Source: Candidatus Latescibacterota bacterium (GTDB taxonomy: Bacteria; Latescibacterota; UBA2968; UBA8231). From it: 64,000 nt of DNA. The DNA lies in contig OZ252098.1 of the NCBI GenBank assembly GCA_965248355.1, positions 224,001 to 288,000 on the forward strand. The letters run 5' to 3'. The translations under genes were made by a program, and so were the position numbers. The notes under the pieces are model-generated. The model worked only from the letters and a program-made list of their open reading frames with translations. It searched no databases and was not told the DNA's origin. Positions 54,926-64,000 of this stretch are shown here, one piece after another (the first letter of the stretch is position 1; each line of letters starts with the position of its first letter).

Positions 54926-56503
54926 TCACCGCGGGGCGAAGGAGACGGGCTGGAACCACTTGCTGCCGGTGGGGTGCAGGGCGAAGCCGCGCACGTCCTG
55001 GCGGAAGGCGGCCGTCTGCGTGGCGTGCACCAGCGGCACCCAGGGCGCGTCCCCGTGGACGATCTGCTGGGCCTGGCGGTAGAGCCGGGTGCGCAATACC
55101 GGGTCGACGCTGCGCCGGGCCTCGACGAGCACCTCGTGGAATTCGTCGGATCGGTAGAAGGCCACGTTCTGGGCCGGCTTCACCGCCGCCGTCTTGTCCA
55201 GCAGGACGTAGAGGAAGTTGTCGGGGTCGCCGTTGTCGCCCGTCCACCCCAGCAGGCACATGTCGTGCTGCCCGTCGAAGACCTTGTCGAGGTAGGTGGC
55301 CCACTCGGTCAGGACCAGCTCCGCCCGGATGCCCACGCGCCCCAGGTCGGCCTGCAGGGCCTGGGCGATCTTCTCCGGCTGCGGCATGTAGGGCCGCGTG
55401 GCCCGGGGCACCCACAGCTCGGTGGAGAACCCGTCGGCCAGGCCGGCCTCGGCCAGCAGCTCCCGGGCGCGCTGTGGATCGTAGGCGTAGCCGGCCACGT
55501 CGTCGTTGTAGCTCCACATGGTGGGCGGGATCGGGTTCTTGGCGGGAACGGCCAGGCCGGCGTAGAAGTTGTCCACCAGGGACTGCTTGTTGACGGCGTG
55601 GTTGACGGCGCGGCGCACCCGGAGGTCGCCGAAGGGCTCCTTGTCCAGGTTCATCGCCAGGTAGCCCACGTTCATCCCGGGCTGCGTGAGCAGCTGGATC
55701 TCCGGATCGGAGCGGATGCTCTCGATGAACTCCGGGTTGAGGTTGTCGACGCCGTGGACGTCGCCGGAGCGCAGCTCGAGAAAGCGCACGGAGGCGTCCT
55801 GGATGTACTTGAACACCAGGCGGTCGATCCGGGGAAGCTCCCCCCAGTAGCCGTCGAAGCTCTCCAGAACGATGCGCTCGTCCTTGCGCCACTCCACGAA
55901 GCGGAAGGGGCCCGTGCCCACCGGGTTCTTGAAGAAGTCGGCGCCGTGGCGCTCCACCGCCGCCGGCGAGACGATGCCGCAGAAGTTCATGCCCAGGGTG
56001 GAGAGGAAGGGGGCGTTGGCGGCGGCCAGCTCCATGACGAAGGTCGAGTCGTCGGGGGCGGACATGTGCGCGACGATGTCGTCCATGCCCATGTCCTTCC
56101 AGTACTTGTAGTTCCCGGCCGCGGGCCTGTACCGGGGATGGTCGGGGAAGAACTGGCGGCCGAGGGAGAACAGGACCGCCTGGGCGTCGAAGGGTGTGCC
56201 GTCGTGGAAGCGCACGTCCGTGCGCAGGTGGAAGGTCCAGCGCCGGCCGTCCTCGCTGACCTCCCAGCGGCGGGCCAGCTGGGGGCGGACCTGCGTCGAC
56301 TCCGGCTCGTAGGTGACCAGGGTCTCGTAGAGGTTGTCGCAGACCTTGAAGGACTCGCCGTCGTTCTCCAGGGCCGGATCGAGGCCCACCGAGTCGGCGC
56401 CGCGTCCGAAGACCAGCACCTTCGGCGCATCGGGGCCGGGGCCGCCGCCGCAGGCGGCCAACAGCAGGAGGGCGCCGAGAGCGCCCAGGCGGGAAGGGGC
56501 CAC
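54926..56503 (-). CDS. dppA: Peptide ABC transporter substrate-binding lipoprotein DppA
   Basis: Lipobox LAAC; LDPA; FHDGTPFDA; PVGTGPF; GWTGDNGDPDNF. Confidence 0.92.
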   Translation of the reverse strand: MAPSRLGALGALLLLAACGGGPGPDAPKVLVFGRGADSVGLDPALENDGESFKVCDNLYETLVTYEPESTQVRPQLARRWEVSEDGRRWTFHLRTDVRFHDGTPFDAQAVLFSLGRQFFPDHPRYRPAAGNYKYWKDMGMDDIVAHMSAPDDSTFVMELAAANAPFLSTLGMNFCGIVSPAAVERHGADFFKNPVGTGPFRFVEWRKDERIVLESFDGYWGELPRIDRLVFKYIQDASVRFLELRSGDVHGVDNLNPEFIESIRSDPEIQLLTQPGMNVGYLAMNLDKEPFGDLRVRRAVNHAVNKQSLVDNFYAGLAVPAKNPIPPTMWSYNDDVAGYAYDPQRARELLAEAGLADGFSTELWVPRATRPYMPQPEKIAQALQADLGRVGIRAELVLTEWATYLDKVFDGQHDMCLLGWTGDNGDPDNFLYVLLDKTAAVKPAQNVAFYRSDEFHEVLVEARRSVDPVLRTRLYRQAQQIVHGDAPWVPLVHATQTAAFRQDVRGFALHPTGSKWFQPVSFAPR

Positions 56504-56507
56504 GGGA

Positions 56508-57500
56508 CTACTCGGAAAACGCCGCGTCGAAGGCCGCCTCGGAGGGCTCGAAGTCGACTTCCTTGACGAAGGCGCAGGCCTCGGCGGCGCCGTGCTCGCG
56601 GTCCATGCCGCCGTCCTCCCACTCCACCGACAGGGGGCCGTCGTAGTGGATCCGGTTGAGGGCGCGGATGATCTCCTCGAAGTCGATGTTGCCGCGGCCA
56701 AGGGAGCGGAAGTCCCAGTAGCGGCGCCGGTCTCCGAAGGCGGTGTGGCCGCCGAAGACGCCGGCCTCGGTGGGTATGGCCGACCAGCCAACATCCTTCA
56801 TGTGGACGTGGAAGATGCGGTCGGCGAAGCGGTGGATGAACTCCACGTAGTCGACCCCCTGGTAGCCGAGGTGGCTGGGATCGTAGTTGAACCCGAAGGC
56901 GGGATGGCCGTCGAGGGCCTCGATGGCGCGCTCGGCCGAGGCGATGTCGAAGGCGATCTCCGTGGGGTGCACCTCGAGGGCGAACTTGACCCCCGCCTGC
57001 TGGAACTCGTCGAGGATCGGGCGGAAGCGGGCTGCGAAGTCGGAGAAACCGGCGTCGATCATGTCGTCGGACGTGGGCGGGAAGGAGTAGAGCAGGTGCC
57101 AGATGGAGCTGCCCGTGAAGCCGTTGACCACCCCCACGCCGAGCCGGGCGGCGGCCCGGGCCGTGGCCACGAGCTCGGAGGCCGCCCGCTGGCGCACGCC
57201 CTCGGGGTCGCCGTCGCCCCACACGTACTCCGGCAGGATCGCCTGGTGGCGCTCGTCGATGTTGTCGCACACGGCCTGGCCCACCAGGTGGGCGGAGATC
57301 GAGAACAGCTCCAGGTCGTGCTCCTCGAGGAGGGCCCGGCGGCCCTCGCAGTAGGCGTCGTCGGCCCGGGGCACCTCGAAGTGGTCTCCCCAGCAGGCCA
57401 GCTCGAGTCCGTCGTAGCCGAAGCTGCGCGCCTTCTCGCACAGGGTCGGCGTGTCGAGGTCCGCCCACTGGCCGGTGAACAAGGTAACGGGTCTGGCCAT
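56508..57500 (-). CDS. Sugar phosphate isomerase/epimerase (IolE / xylose-isomerase-like TIM barrel)
   Basis: [34 protein letters not shown]. Confidence 0.9.
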   Translation of the reverse strand: MARPVTLFTGQWADLDTPTLCEKARSFGYDGLELACWGDHFEVPRADDAYCEGRRALLEEHDLELFSISAHLVGQAVCDNIDERHQAILPEYVWGDGDPEGVRQRAASELVATARAAARLGVGVVNGFTGSSIWHLLYSFPPTSDDMIDAGFSDFAARFRPILDEFQQAGVKFALEVHPTEIAFDIASAERAIEALDGHPAFGFNYDPSHLGYQGVDYVEFIHRFADRIFHVHMKDVGWSAIPTEAGVFGGHTAFGDRRRYWDFRSLGRGNIDFEEIIRALNRIHYDGPLSVEWEDGGMDREHGAAEACAFVKEVDFEPSEAAFDAAFSE

Positions 57501-57546
57501 TCTGTCCTCTCCTCTTCCGGGTTCTCCAAAGGCCCGCGCCCCGGGG

Positions 57547-58317
57547 TCAGCGCCGCGCGGACTTCATCCTTCGCAGGTCGATGTCGAAGATGCGCAGGAA
57601 GCGCCCGCCGAACTCGCCCACCACCTCCGGGATCTCGTCGTCGTCGATGTCGAGCAGGCCGATGCGCTCGCCGAAGCTCTCCGGCGACTGCCACTCCAGG
57701 TCGCGGTAGCGGGCGTCGAAGACGAAGCCGTCGTTGAGGACGATCTCCTCGGCGCCGTCGCCGTCGACGTCCCCCACCAGGAGGTCGCTGGAGGTCAGGT
57801 TGTCCTGGTCGCTGCGCCACTCCTCGAAACGGTCGCGCCCGTCGTAGATGACCAGCCGGCCATCGGCGACGAAGAGCAGTTCCAGCGGGTCGTCGTCGTC
57901 GACGTCGTGTACGGCCATGGCCGAAATGTCCCCGTAGTCGGTGGCGGGGTTGCTCCACAGGACGTGGTAGTCGCCCAGGTCGAGGAAGTGGATGCGGCCG
58001 CCCTCGGTGTAGACGAGGATCTCCCGGAGGCCGTCGAGATCGACGTCGGCCAGGATCAGGCCGGAGACGGCGCTCTCCAGGTACTCGCTGATCCAGACCT
58101 CCGCGTAGGCTCCGTCCCGGCCTTCGTAGACGTGCACGAAGCCGTGGATGTCGCCGAGGGCGAAGCGCTCCACGCCCTCCTTGCCGGGCGGCAGGGGCAG
58201 GACGCAGTCGAACTCGGCGAAGGCCCCCAGGCCGGCGATCGCCGAGACCTCCGGGCCCGAGGCGGATGTCGCCTGCAGGCCGAGGCCCAGAACAAGGGTG
58301 AGGGCTGCGCTCTTCAT
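57547..58317 (-). CDS. Secreted FG-GAP/VCBS repeat protein
   Basis: Signal peptide; [40 protein letters not shown]. Confidence 0.75.
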   Translation of the reverse strand: MKSAALTLVLGLGLQATSASGPEVSAIAGLGAFAEFDCVLPLPPGKEGVERFALGDIHGFVHVYEGRDGAYAEVWISEYLESAVSGLILADVDLDGLREILVYTEGGRIHFLDLGDYHVLWSNPATDYGDISAMAVHDVDDDDPLELLFVADGRLVIYDGRDRFEEWRSDQDNLTSSDLLVGDVDGDGAEEIVLNDGFVFDARYRDLEWQSPESFGERIGLLDIDDDEIPEVVGEFGGRFLRIFDIDLRRMKSARR

Positions 58318-59528
58318 CCGGTATTCTCCTCGGCGGCGGAAACGGCCGCCCCGTACACGCTGAGGATCGGTACGCGGCAGCGCCGGGCCAGTCCGGCGCA
58401 GTCGTCGTACTCCGGGGCCACCCGGCGGCGCCCGTCGAGGCGGGCCACCTTCACCCGAACCGGACCGAACTCGGTCTCCACCGAGAGGGTGGAGCGCTCC
58501 AGCACGCGCCTCTCCACTTCGTAGTGGCGCACGCCGAGACTGGTGGTCTCCCCCAGGACGACCTCGGAGACCACCTCGAGGTGCTCCGGGTCGACGAGCA
58601 CGCTGAGCAGGTGGCCGGGGCGGTTCTTCTTCATCAGCACGGGGGTCACGTACAGGTCCCGGGCCCCGGCCTCGAGGAGGCGGTCGAAGAGGTAGCCGTA
58701 GACCTCGGGGTTCATGTCGTCCACGTTGGCTTCGAGCACGACGCAGCGGCGCCCGTCGCCGTCCGCCGCCGCCACGGGCTCCGACAGTCTCAGACGCACC
58801 ACGTTGGGGGCCGTTTCCAGGTCCCGGCTCCCGGCCCCGTAGCCGATGGCGGCGACACGCATGGCCGGGGCGGCGCCGAAGGTCTCGGCCAGGGTCGTGA
58901 TCAGGGCGGCGCCCGTGGGCGTCACCAGCTCGGCGGTGACCTCGGTCTGCACCAGGGGCACCCCCCGGCACAGGGCCAGCACGCCGGGGGCCGGAAGGGG
59001 GTAACGGCCGTGGGCGCACTCCACGGTGCCGGTGCCGCAGTGCAGGGCGGAGGAGTAGACGCGGGTCACGCCGAGGAGGCGCAGGCCGGCCACGGCTCCG
59101 GCGATGTCGACGACGGCATCGAGGCTGCCGGCTTCGTGGAGGCCCACGGACTCCACGTCGACGCCGTGGACCGCGGCCTCGGCCTCGGCCAGGCGGCGGA
59201 AGACCCGGCGGGACGTGGCCTTGTCCGCCTCGTCGAGATCGCTGCCGTCGATCCGGGCCAGCAGGTCCTTCAGGTGGGTGTGCGGGGCATGGCCGGGATC
59301 GAGGTGGTGCTCTCCGGCCGCGGCCGGGGTCTGCCCGTCGATCTCCACCTGCACCCGGGTGGCCTTCAGCCCGCAACGGCCGACCGTCTCGCAACGCAGG
59401 CGGCCGCCCACGCCGATCCGGTCGACCTCCTGCTGCAGCCTCCCCGGGTCGAGGCCCGCGTCGATGACGGCGCCGAGGATCATGTCGCCGCTGACGCCGG
59501 AGAGACAGTCGAAGTAGGCTGTGGTCAC
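58314..59528 (-). CDS. larC: Nickel-pincer cofactor biosynthesis protein LarC
   Basis: YFDCLSGVSGDMILGA; His-rich HHLDPGHAPHTH; AEAAVHG; ELVTPTGAA; EANVDDM; MKKNRPG; ETTSLGVR; PEYDDC. Confidence 0.92.
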   Translation of the reverse strand: MTTAYFDCLSGVSGDMILGAVIDAGLDPGRLQQEVDRIGVGGRLRCETVGRCGLKATRVQVEIDGQTPAAAGEHHLDPGHAPHTHLKDLLARIDGSDLDEADKATSRRVFRRLAEAEAAVHGVDVESVGLHEAGSLDAVVDIAGAVAGLRLLGVTRVYSSALHCGTGTVECAHGRYPLPAPGVLALCRGVPLVQTEVTAELVTPTGAALITTLAETFGAAPAMRVAAIGYGAGSRDLETAPNVVRLRLSEPVAAADGDGRRCVVLEANVDDMNPEVYGYLFDRLLEAGARDLYVTPVLMKKNRPGHLLSVLVDPEHLEVVSEVVLGETTSLGVRHYEVERRVLERSTLSVETEFGPVRVKVARLDGRRRVAPEYDDCAGLARRCRVPILSVYGAAVSAAEENTG

Positions 59529-59941
59529 GTCTTGTCCGAGGTCCGCGAGGAGCGCCGGAACTCCGCCCGCCGGCGCTTCCAGTCCAGCTCCTCGTCGAGA
59601 TGGAAGACATCGACGAAGTCCTCGATGCAATCCTCCTCGGTCTTGCTCATCATTTCGTTGTCGACCAGGTTGAAGACGATCTCGCCGAAGTCGCGGGTCT
59701 CCCGGATCCCCCAGTCCTCGAAGACGGAGATGGCGAGGGGGCCGAATCGGTCGAGGGCGTGCTCGCTGATGCCGCATACCAGGTCGCGGCCGGACACGTG
59801 CCGCTGATCCTTGGGCAGGGAGGCCTTGCCGAGCTTTTCCACCGTGTGCTGCAAGGCCTCGTACACGAACAGGTAGGCGGCCTGCTTGTAGCGGCCGTCC
59901 CGGTGGACGATCTCTTCCAGCTTGTCGGAGCCCTCGTCCAT
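59525..59941 (-). CDS. Minf_1886-family protein
   Basis: DGRYKQAAYLFVYEAL..RHVSGRDL..FGPLA..WGIRET.DFGEIVFNLV..D..EDF. Confidence 0.8.
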   Translation of the reverse strand: MDEGSDKLEEIVHRDGRYKQAAYLFVYEALQHTVEKLGKASLPKDQRHVSGRDLVCGISEHALDRFGPLAISVFEDWGIRETRDFGEIVFNLVDNEMMSKTEEDCIEDFVDVFHLDEELDWKRRRAEFRRSSRTSDKT

Positions 59942-60020
59942 CTGAGGCCGGTTCCGGGTATGGAGGGGCGGTCCGGGGAGCGAGGCGGGCGGCCAAAGTC
60001 AACGGCCCCCCGCCGGGTTG

Positions 60021-61325
60021 TCAAGGTCCCCTGGCGGCCAGGACGGAGCCCCGGGAACGGAGCGCATCGTCGAGGCGCTCCCGAAGCACCCGGTGGTGCT
60101 CCTGGAAGGCGGCCCGGTACTCGGCGGCCAGGGGGCGGCCGCCGCCGCGGTTGACGGTGGACGGGTCGATGTGCCGCCCGTTCTGGATCAGTTCGTAGTG
60201 GAGGTGGGGACCGGTGGCGCGGCCCGTGGCGCCCACGTGGCCCACGTGATCCCATTTCCCCACCCGCTGGCCCTTGCGCACCAGGATCCGGCTCAGGTGA
60301 GCGTAGCGGGTGCGGTAGCCGTTGGCGTGCTTGATCTCCACCATCTTGCCGTAGCCGCCGTTCCAGCCGGCGTGGGTCACCCGGCCCCTGGCCGTGGACC
60401 ATACGGGCGTGCCGGGGGCCGCGGCGTAATCGGTTCCGAGGTGGGGCAGGGCGCGCTTGAGGATGGGATGAAAGCGGCGGCGGGAGAAGGGCGAGCTGAT
60501 GCGCCGGAAGGACATGGGCTTGAGGAGGAACATGCGCTCGAGGGACTTGCCGGTTTCGTCGTAGTAATCCCCGGCGCCGTTGGACATCTCGTAATAGACA
60601 CCCACCCGGGAGACGGTCTCGCCCTCGTAGCGCGCCATCAGGATCCTCCCGTAGCGCAGGAACCGGCCGTCGACCGACTGGCGCGTGAACACGAGACCGA
60701 GGCGGTCGCCGTGGCGCGGACCCGTGTGGAAGTCGATGACGGATCCGAAGACGTCGTCCACGACCATGTCGGTGAGGGCGTCGTCCTCGCCGGCGGCGGC
60801 GATGGCGTTGAAGAGGTTGTCCACGATGACGACCTGGAGGGTCTCCGTCGTCTCCGTCACGGGCCGTTGCCACCGCCGGGCGACGAGGTCCTCCTCCCGG
60901 CGCTCCACGAGGACGGGCCTGTCCGGTTCTTTCAGCGGCGTATACTCGAAGCGCGCCACCGCGCGCAGGCTGTCCAGCTCGAGCCGGAAGGAGTCGCCCG
61001 GTTTCGAGTCCTTGCGGCCGTCGAAGACCGGGGACAGGGCCGTTCCCAGGAGGGTGATCTGAAGGTCGGAGACCCGGTGCCGCTTGAGAACCAGATAGAT
61101 GGAATCGTCGGGTCCCAGGGTGTCGGCGATGACGTGGCGTTGGGTCGGCGGCGCCCGGAGGCTGGCCACGACGGGAACGACGGCCGCCTGGACAGCGGCC
61201 AGCCCCTCCCCGGGGGCCGCTGTGGCGGAGGGGCGCGCGTGCAGGTCGATACGTACGAAGGTCAGGGCGGTCAGGGCGGTCAGGAAACCCCAGAACCCCA
61301 CGGAAGAGCGCGGTGGCAGGCTCAT
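60021..61325 (-). CDS. M23-family peptidoglycan DD-endopeptidase (MepM-like)
   Basis: HLGTDYAA (HxxxD); YAHLS; TGPHLHYE (HxH). Confidence 0.92.
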   Translation of the reverse strand: MSLPPRSSVGFWGFLTALTALTFVRIDLHARPSATAAPGEGLAAVQAAVVPVVASLRAPPTQRHVIADTLGPDDSIYLVLKRHRVSDLQITLLGTALSPVFDGRKDSKPGDSFRLELDSLRAVARFEYTPLKEPDRPVLVERREEDLVARRWQRPVTETTETLQVVIVDNLFNAIAAAGEDDALTDMVVDDVFGSVIDFHTGPRHGDRLGLVFTRQSVDGRFLRYGRILMARYEGETVSRVGVYYEMSNGAGDYYDETGKSLERMFLLKPMSFRRISSPFSRRRFHPILKRALPHLGTDYAAAPGTPVWSTARGRVTHAGWNGGYGKMVEIKHANGYRTRYAHLSRILVRKGQRVGKWDHVGHVGATGRATGPHLHYELIQNGRHIDPSTVNRGGGRPLAAEYRAAFQEHHRVLRERLDDALRSRGSVLAARGP

Positions 61326-61385
61326 GCAAATCCAGTTTATGCGGGAAAACGTTGTATGTACGGGAGAACGCGGAGGGGGCCGCGC

Positions 61386-61413
61386 TTGACCAAGTGGGGG
61401 CGGCCCCTATGCT
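61386..61413 (+). promoter_or_regulatory. Putative sigma70 promoter of rlmN
   Basis: TTGACC-N16-TATGCT. Confidence 0.55.
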
Positions 61414-61492
61414 ACACAGGCGCCATGGCCGCGTCAACCCGCCCTCTCTCCGCCTTCGCCGGTCCGCTCCCGGTCCCTCTCCCTCCTTCGTC

Positions 61493-62572
61493 GTGACCCC
61501 CGACGGGCCCGCAGCGGATCTCGATCTCAAGGGACTGCTCCCGGAACGGCTCCGGCGGCTGGCCGTCGATCTGGGGGAGCCCGCGTACCGAGGCGACCAG
61601 CTGTTCTCCTGGATTCACGGCCGCGGCGAGGACCGGCTGGAGTCGATGTCCAATTTGCCCCGCCGTCTGCGTCAGGCCCTGGGCGAGGCGGGCGCCCATG
61701 TGAGCCGTCTCGAGCTGCTCGAGAGGCGCGACTCGGGGACGGGGATGGCCGTCAAGTTCATCTTCGGCGACGGCGGCGGGGCCCAGTTCGAGTCGGTCCT
61801 CATCCTCGACGGCCGGCGGCGCACCCTCTGCCTGTCCTCGCAGGTCGGCTGTCCGTTGGACTGCAAGTTCTGCGCCACCGGGCGCATGGGGTTTCTCCGC
61901 AACCTGACGGCGGCGCAGATCGTCGATCAGCTGCTGCAGGTCCACGCCGACGCCGTCACGGAGGGCCACGGCCGGATCACCAACATCGTCATGATGGGGA
62001 TGGGGGAGCCCCTGCTGAACTACGACGCGGTGACCACGGCCCTGAGGCTGATCCGGCGGGCCGAGGGACCATCCGTCGGCGGCCGGCGCATCACGGTCTC
62101 CACGGCCGGGTACCTGCCGGGGATCCGCCGGCTGGCGGAGGACGATCTCAACGTCGGTCTGGCCATCTCCCTCAACGCCACGACCGACGAGGTCCGTGAG
62201 CGGCTGATGCCGATCAACCGCAGGTGGCCCATCGCCGACCTGCTGGCGGCGGCGCGCTACTACTTCGACCGCCAGGGCCGCCGGGTCACCTTCGAGTACG
62301 TGCTCATGCGGGACGTAACCGACACCGAGGCGGACGCCGAGCGTCTGGCCCGGCTGACGGCCGACGTGCCATGCAAGATCAACCTGATCCCCTACAACGA
62401 GCTGGCCCCCGGCGACCCCGAAGCGCCGGTCTTCCACCGGCCCGGGAGAACGCGGATCGAGGCGTTCCGGCGCCGGCTGGAATCGGCGACCGGGAGGACC
62501 GTGCGCCTCCGAGAGAGCCGGGGGCGGGACATCGACGCCGCCTGCGGGCAGCTCTACCGCCGTCCCTCGTGA
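61493..62572 (+). CDS. rlmN: 23S rRNA (A2503-C2) / tRNA methyltransferase RlmN
   Basis: CLSSQVGCPLDCKFC; MGMGEPLLN; FEYV; DIDAACGQL. Confidence 0.95.
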   Translation: MTPDGPAADLDLKGLLPERLRRLAVDLGEPAYRGDQLFSWIHGRGEDRLESMSNLPRRLRQALGEAGAHVSRLELLERRDSGTGMAVKFIFGDGGGAQFESVLILDGRRRTLCLSSQVGCPLDCKFCATGRMGFLRNLTAAQIVDQLLQVHADAVTEGHGRITNIVMMGMGEPLLNYDAVTTALRLIRRAEGPSVGGRRITVSTAGYLPGIRRLAEDDLNVGLAISLNATTDEVRERLMPINRRWPIADLLAAARYYFDRQGRRVTFEYVLMRDVTDTEADAERLARLTADVPCKINLIPYNELAPGDPEAPVFHRPGRTRIEAFRRRLESATGRTVRLRESRGRDIDAACGQLYRRPS

Positions 62573-63075
62573 AGGCGGCGGGGCACCTGGCGGGGGGCTC
62601 CCTGGCCGGCGTCGCCGCGGCCGCCGCGGCGAGCGCCGCCGGCGCCATTCCCGGGGTGGGTGATCCCGTGTGGTGGGCGGTCTTCGCCACCACCCTGTTC
62701 TTCTCCCTCTTTCCCGACGTCGACACCGATTCCCTGCCGCGGCGGTGGTTCTACAGGGGCGTCCTGGCGGGGCTGCTGTGGCTGGCGTGGAGCGGCCGGT
62801 GGCAGCTGGCGACGCTGCTGGCCGTCCTGTCGACCCTCCCCCTCGTCGATCATCACCGGGGCTGGACCCACGGGCGCCTGACCCCCGTACTCGCCGTCGG
62901 CCTGCTGGGGGCGGGCTGCCTGTGGTGGCGGGGCGATCTGCGGGGGGCCTGGGAGAGCGGCGGGGCCTCGATCCCGGCCGCCGATATCGTCCTCCTGGCG
63001 GCGGCCCTCGCCGGCTGGTACACCCATCTGCTTCTCGACGGCCGGTTCCGCCTCTTCCCCGACGACGGGGCCTAG
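62569..63075 (+). CDS. Membrane-bound metal-dependent hydrolase (YdjM-like)
   Basis: FPDVD; HRGWTH; GWYTHLLLD. Confidence 0.8.
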   Translation: MKAAGHLAGGSLAGVAAAAAASAAGAIPGVGDPVWWAVFATTLFFSLFPDVDTDSLPRRWFYRGVLAGLLWLAWSGRWQLATLLAVLSTLPLVDHHRGWTHGRLTPVLAVGLLGAGCLWWRGDLRGAWESGGASIPAADIVLLAAALAGWYTHLLLDGRFRLFPDDGA

Positions 63076-63112
63076 CGGCGCAACGCGGGTCGGACCGTGT
63101 GCTCCGAGCTCG

Positions 63113-64000
63113 ATGAGAGCAACAACACCATGGCGTACGAGGTCGTCGTCGCAGAGGCTGTGCGAGCCCTTCGGATTCTTTCGGGGCAACGTCCTTGTCC
63201 TCACCTTGTCGGGGAGCCTGGGAATGTTCTCCCGGGCCATGGCCTTCCCCTACGTCCCCCTGTACATCCTGGCTCTCGGAGGCGAGCCGGAGCAGATCGG
63301 GTTCGTCTATGCCCTGGGGCCTCTCGGCGGGCTGCTGGCCTTTCCGGTGGCCGGCTATCTCGCCGACCACATGAACCGGGCTCGGCTGATCGCGGCGGCC
63401 GGCTACTGCTCCGCCGGGGCGGTGCTCGTGAACGCCCTGGCGCCGAGCTGGGAATGGGTGGCGGCGGCGATGTTGATGCGGGGATTCGCCGTCTTCCACT
63501 TCCCGGCCTCATCGGCGATCGTCGCCGACTCCCTGCCTCCCGGAAACCGGGGCCGCGGCATGGCGACCATGGCCGCCCTGACCGGGGGGCCGGCGCTGTT
63601 CGCGCCATTCGTGGCCGGCGTGGCCATCGACGCCTGGGGCGTCGACGCGGGGATGCGGATCCTCTACGTGGTGATGGCCGCGGCCTATGCGGTGGGCGCG
63701 ACGATCAACCTGGTCTTCATTCGCGAGACCCGGGAGTCGCCGGAGGCGGTGAGCGCCGCGAACCTCGGACGGACATTGCGCCGTTCCTACACGGGCATCC
63801 CGGCGCTGCTGCGGGGCTTTCCGCCCTCCCTTCGGGCGGTGTCGGTGGTGATCATCCTGTGCTTCCTCGCCAACGGGGTGGCCAGCCCCTTCTGGGTGGT
63901 GTACGCCAGGACCCATATCGGGCTGAGCGCTTCGCAGTGGGGGCTGATCCTGCTGGTGGAGACGGGTCTGCGGAACCTCACGACCATTCCCGCGGGGTTC
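63113..64000 (+). CDS. MFS transporter (3' truncated by window edge)
   Basis: Open frame with no stop, so it is absent from the ORF track: ...FRGNVLVLTL...PYVPLYILALG...AGYLADHMNRARLI (motif A)...IVADSLPPGNRGRG. Confidence 0.85.
   Translation, partial: MRATTPWRTRSSSQRLCEPFGFFRGNVLVLTLSGSLGMFSRAMAFPYVPLYILALGGEPEQIGFVYALGPLGGLLAFPVAGYLADHMNRARLIAAAGYCSAGAVLVNALAPSWEWVAAAMLMRGFAVFHFPASSAIVADSLPPGNRGRGMATMAALTGGPALFAPFVAGVAIDAWGVDAGMRILYVVMAAAYAVGATINLVFIRETRESPEAVSAANLGRTLRRSYTGIPALLRGFPPSLRAVSVVIILCFLANGVASPFWVVYARTHIGLSASQWGLILLVETGLRNLTTIPAGF

Noticed and set aside
61493-62572. Radical SAM enzyme as maturase partner for the PqqD protein
   Set aside because: Motifs identify housekeeping RlmN; no SPASM domain, and it lies 26 kb away.
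1-64000. CRISPR arrays, tRNA/rRNA genes, transposases, integrases, phage or defence genes
   Set aside because: None seen. The repeats present are protein-coding (TPR, FG-GAP, Cys-pair) and the intergenic gaps are short.

Overview
A gene-dense, high-GC bacterial window with about 50 protein-coding genes. I found no rRNA, tRNA, CRISPR array or mobile element. The gene families suggest an uncultured diderm of the FCB/Latescibacterota type; this is inference only. 1-18.7 kb is an envelope/secretome region: a FlgD/CTD-tailed protein, a large putative outer-membrane protein, two CRTAC1/ASPIC-UnbV proteins, two secreted proteins ending in a shared 'TWGxIK' motif, and a lipoprotein-PorV-like-giant TPR-ExbB-ExbD-DUF4159 operon. 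18.9-25.6 kb holds mpl, a GT2, hisC and rel. 25.7-36.2 kb is an uncharacterised operon: NusG-II, Gx transporter, a ~1600-aa M28-like/FtsX-MacB fusion, an OPT-like transporter, a duplicated-domain protein, a stand-alone PqqD/RRE and a PAP2-like protein. 36-48 kb has recD2, a DprE1/E2-like pair, a metal permease, glgB, dppC and a TPR plus LolB-like pair. 48-61 kb is a long minus-strand run (M23 peptidase, larC, dppAB, oxidoreductases, PhyH dioxygenase, NMT1-type ABC transporter), followed by rlmN, a membrane hydrolase and a truncated MFS gene. The two best candidates for undescribed systems are the ATPase-less pseudo-peptidase/FtsX + OPT + PqqD operon and the PorV-like + TPR + ExbBD module with nearby candidate sorting signals. 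All family calls come from motif recognition by eye, not database searches, and several start codons were re-chosen manually.
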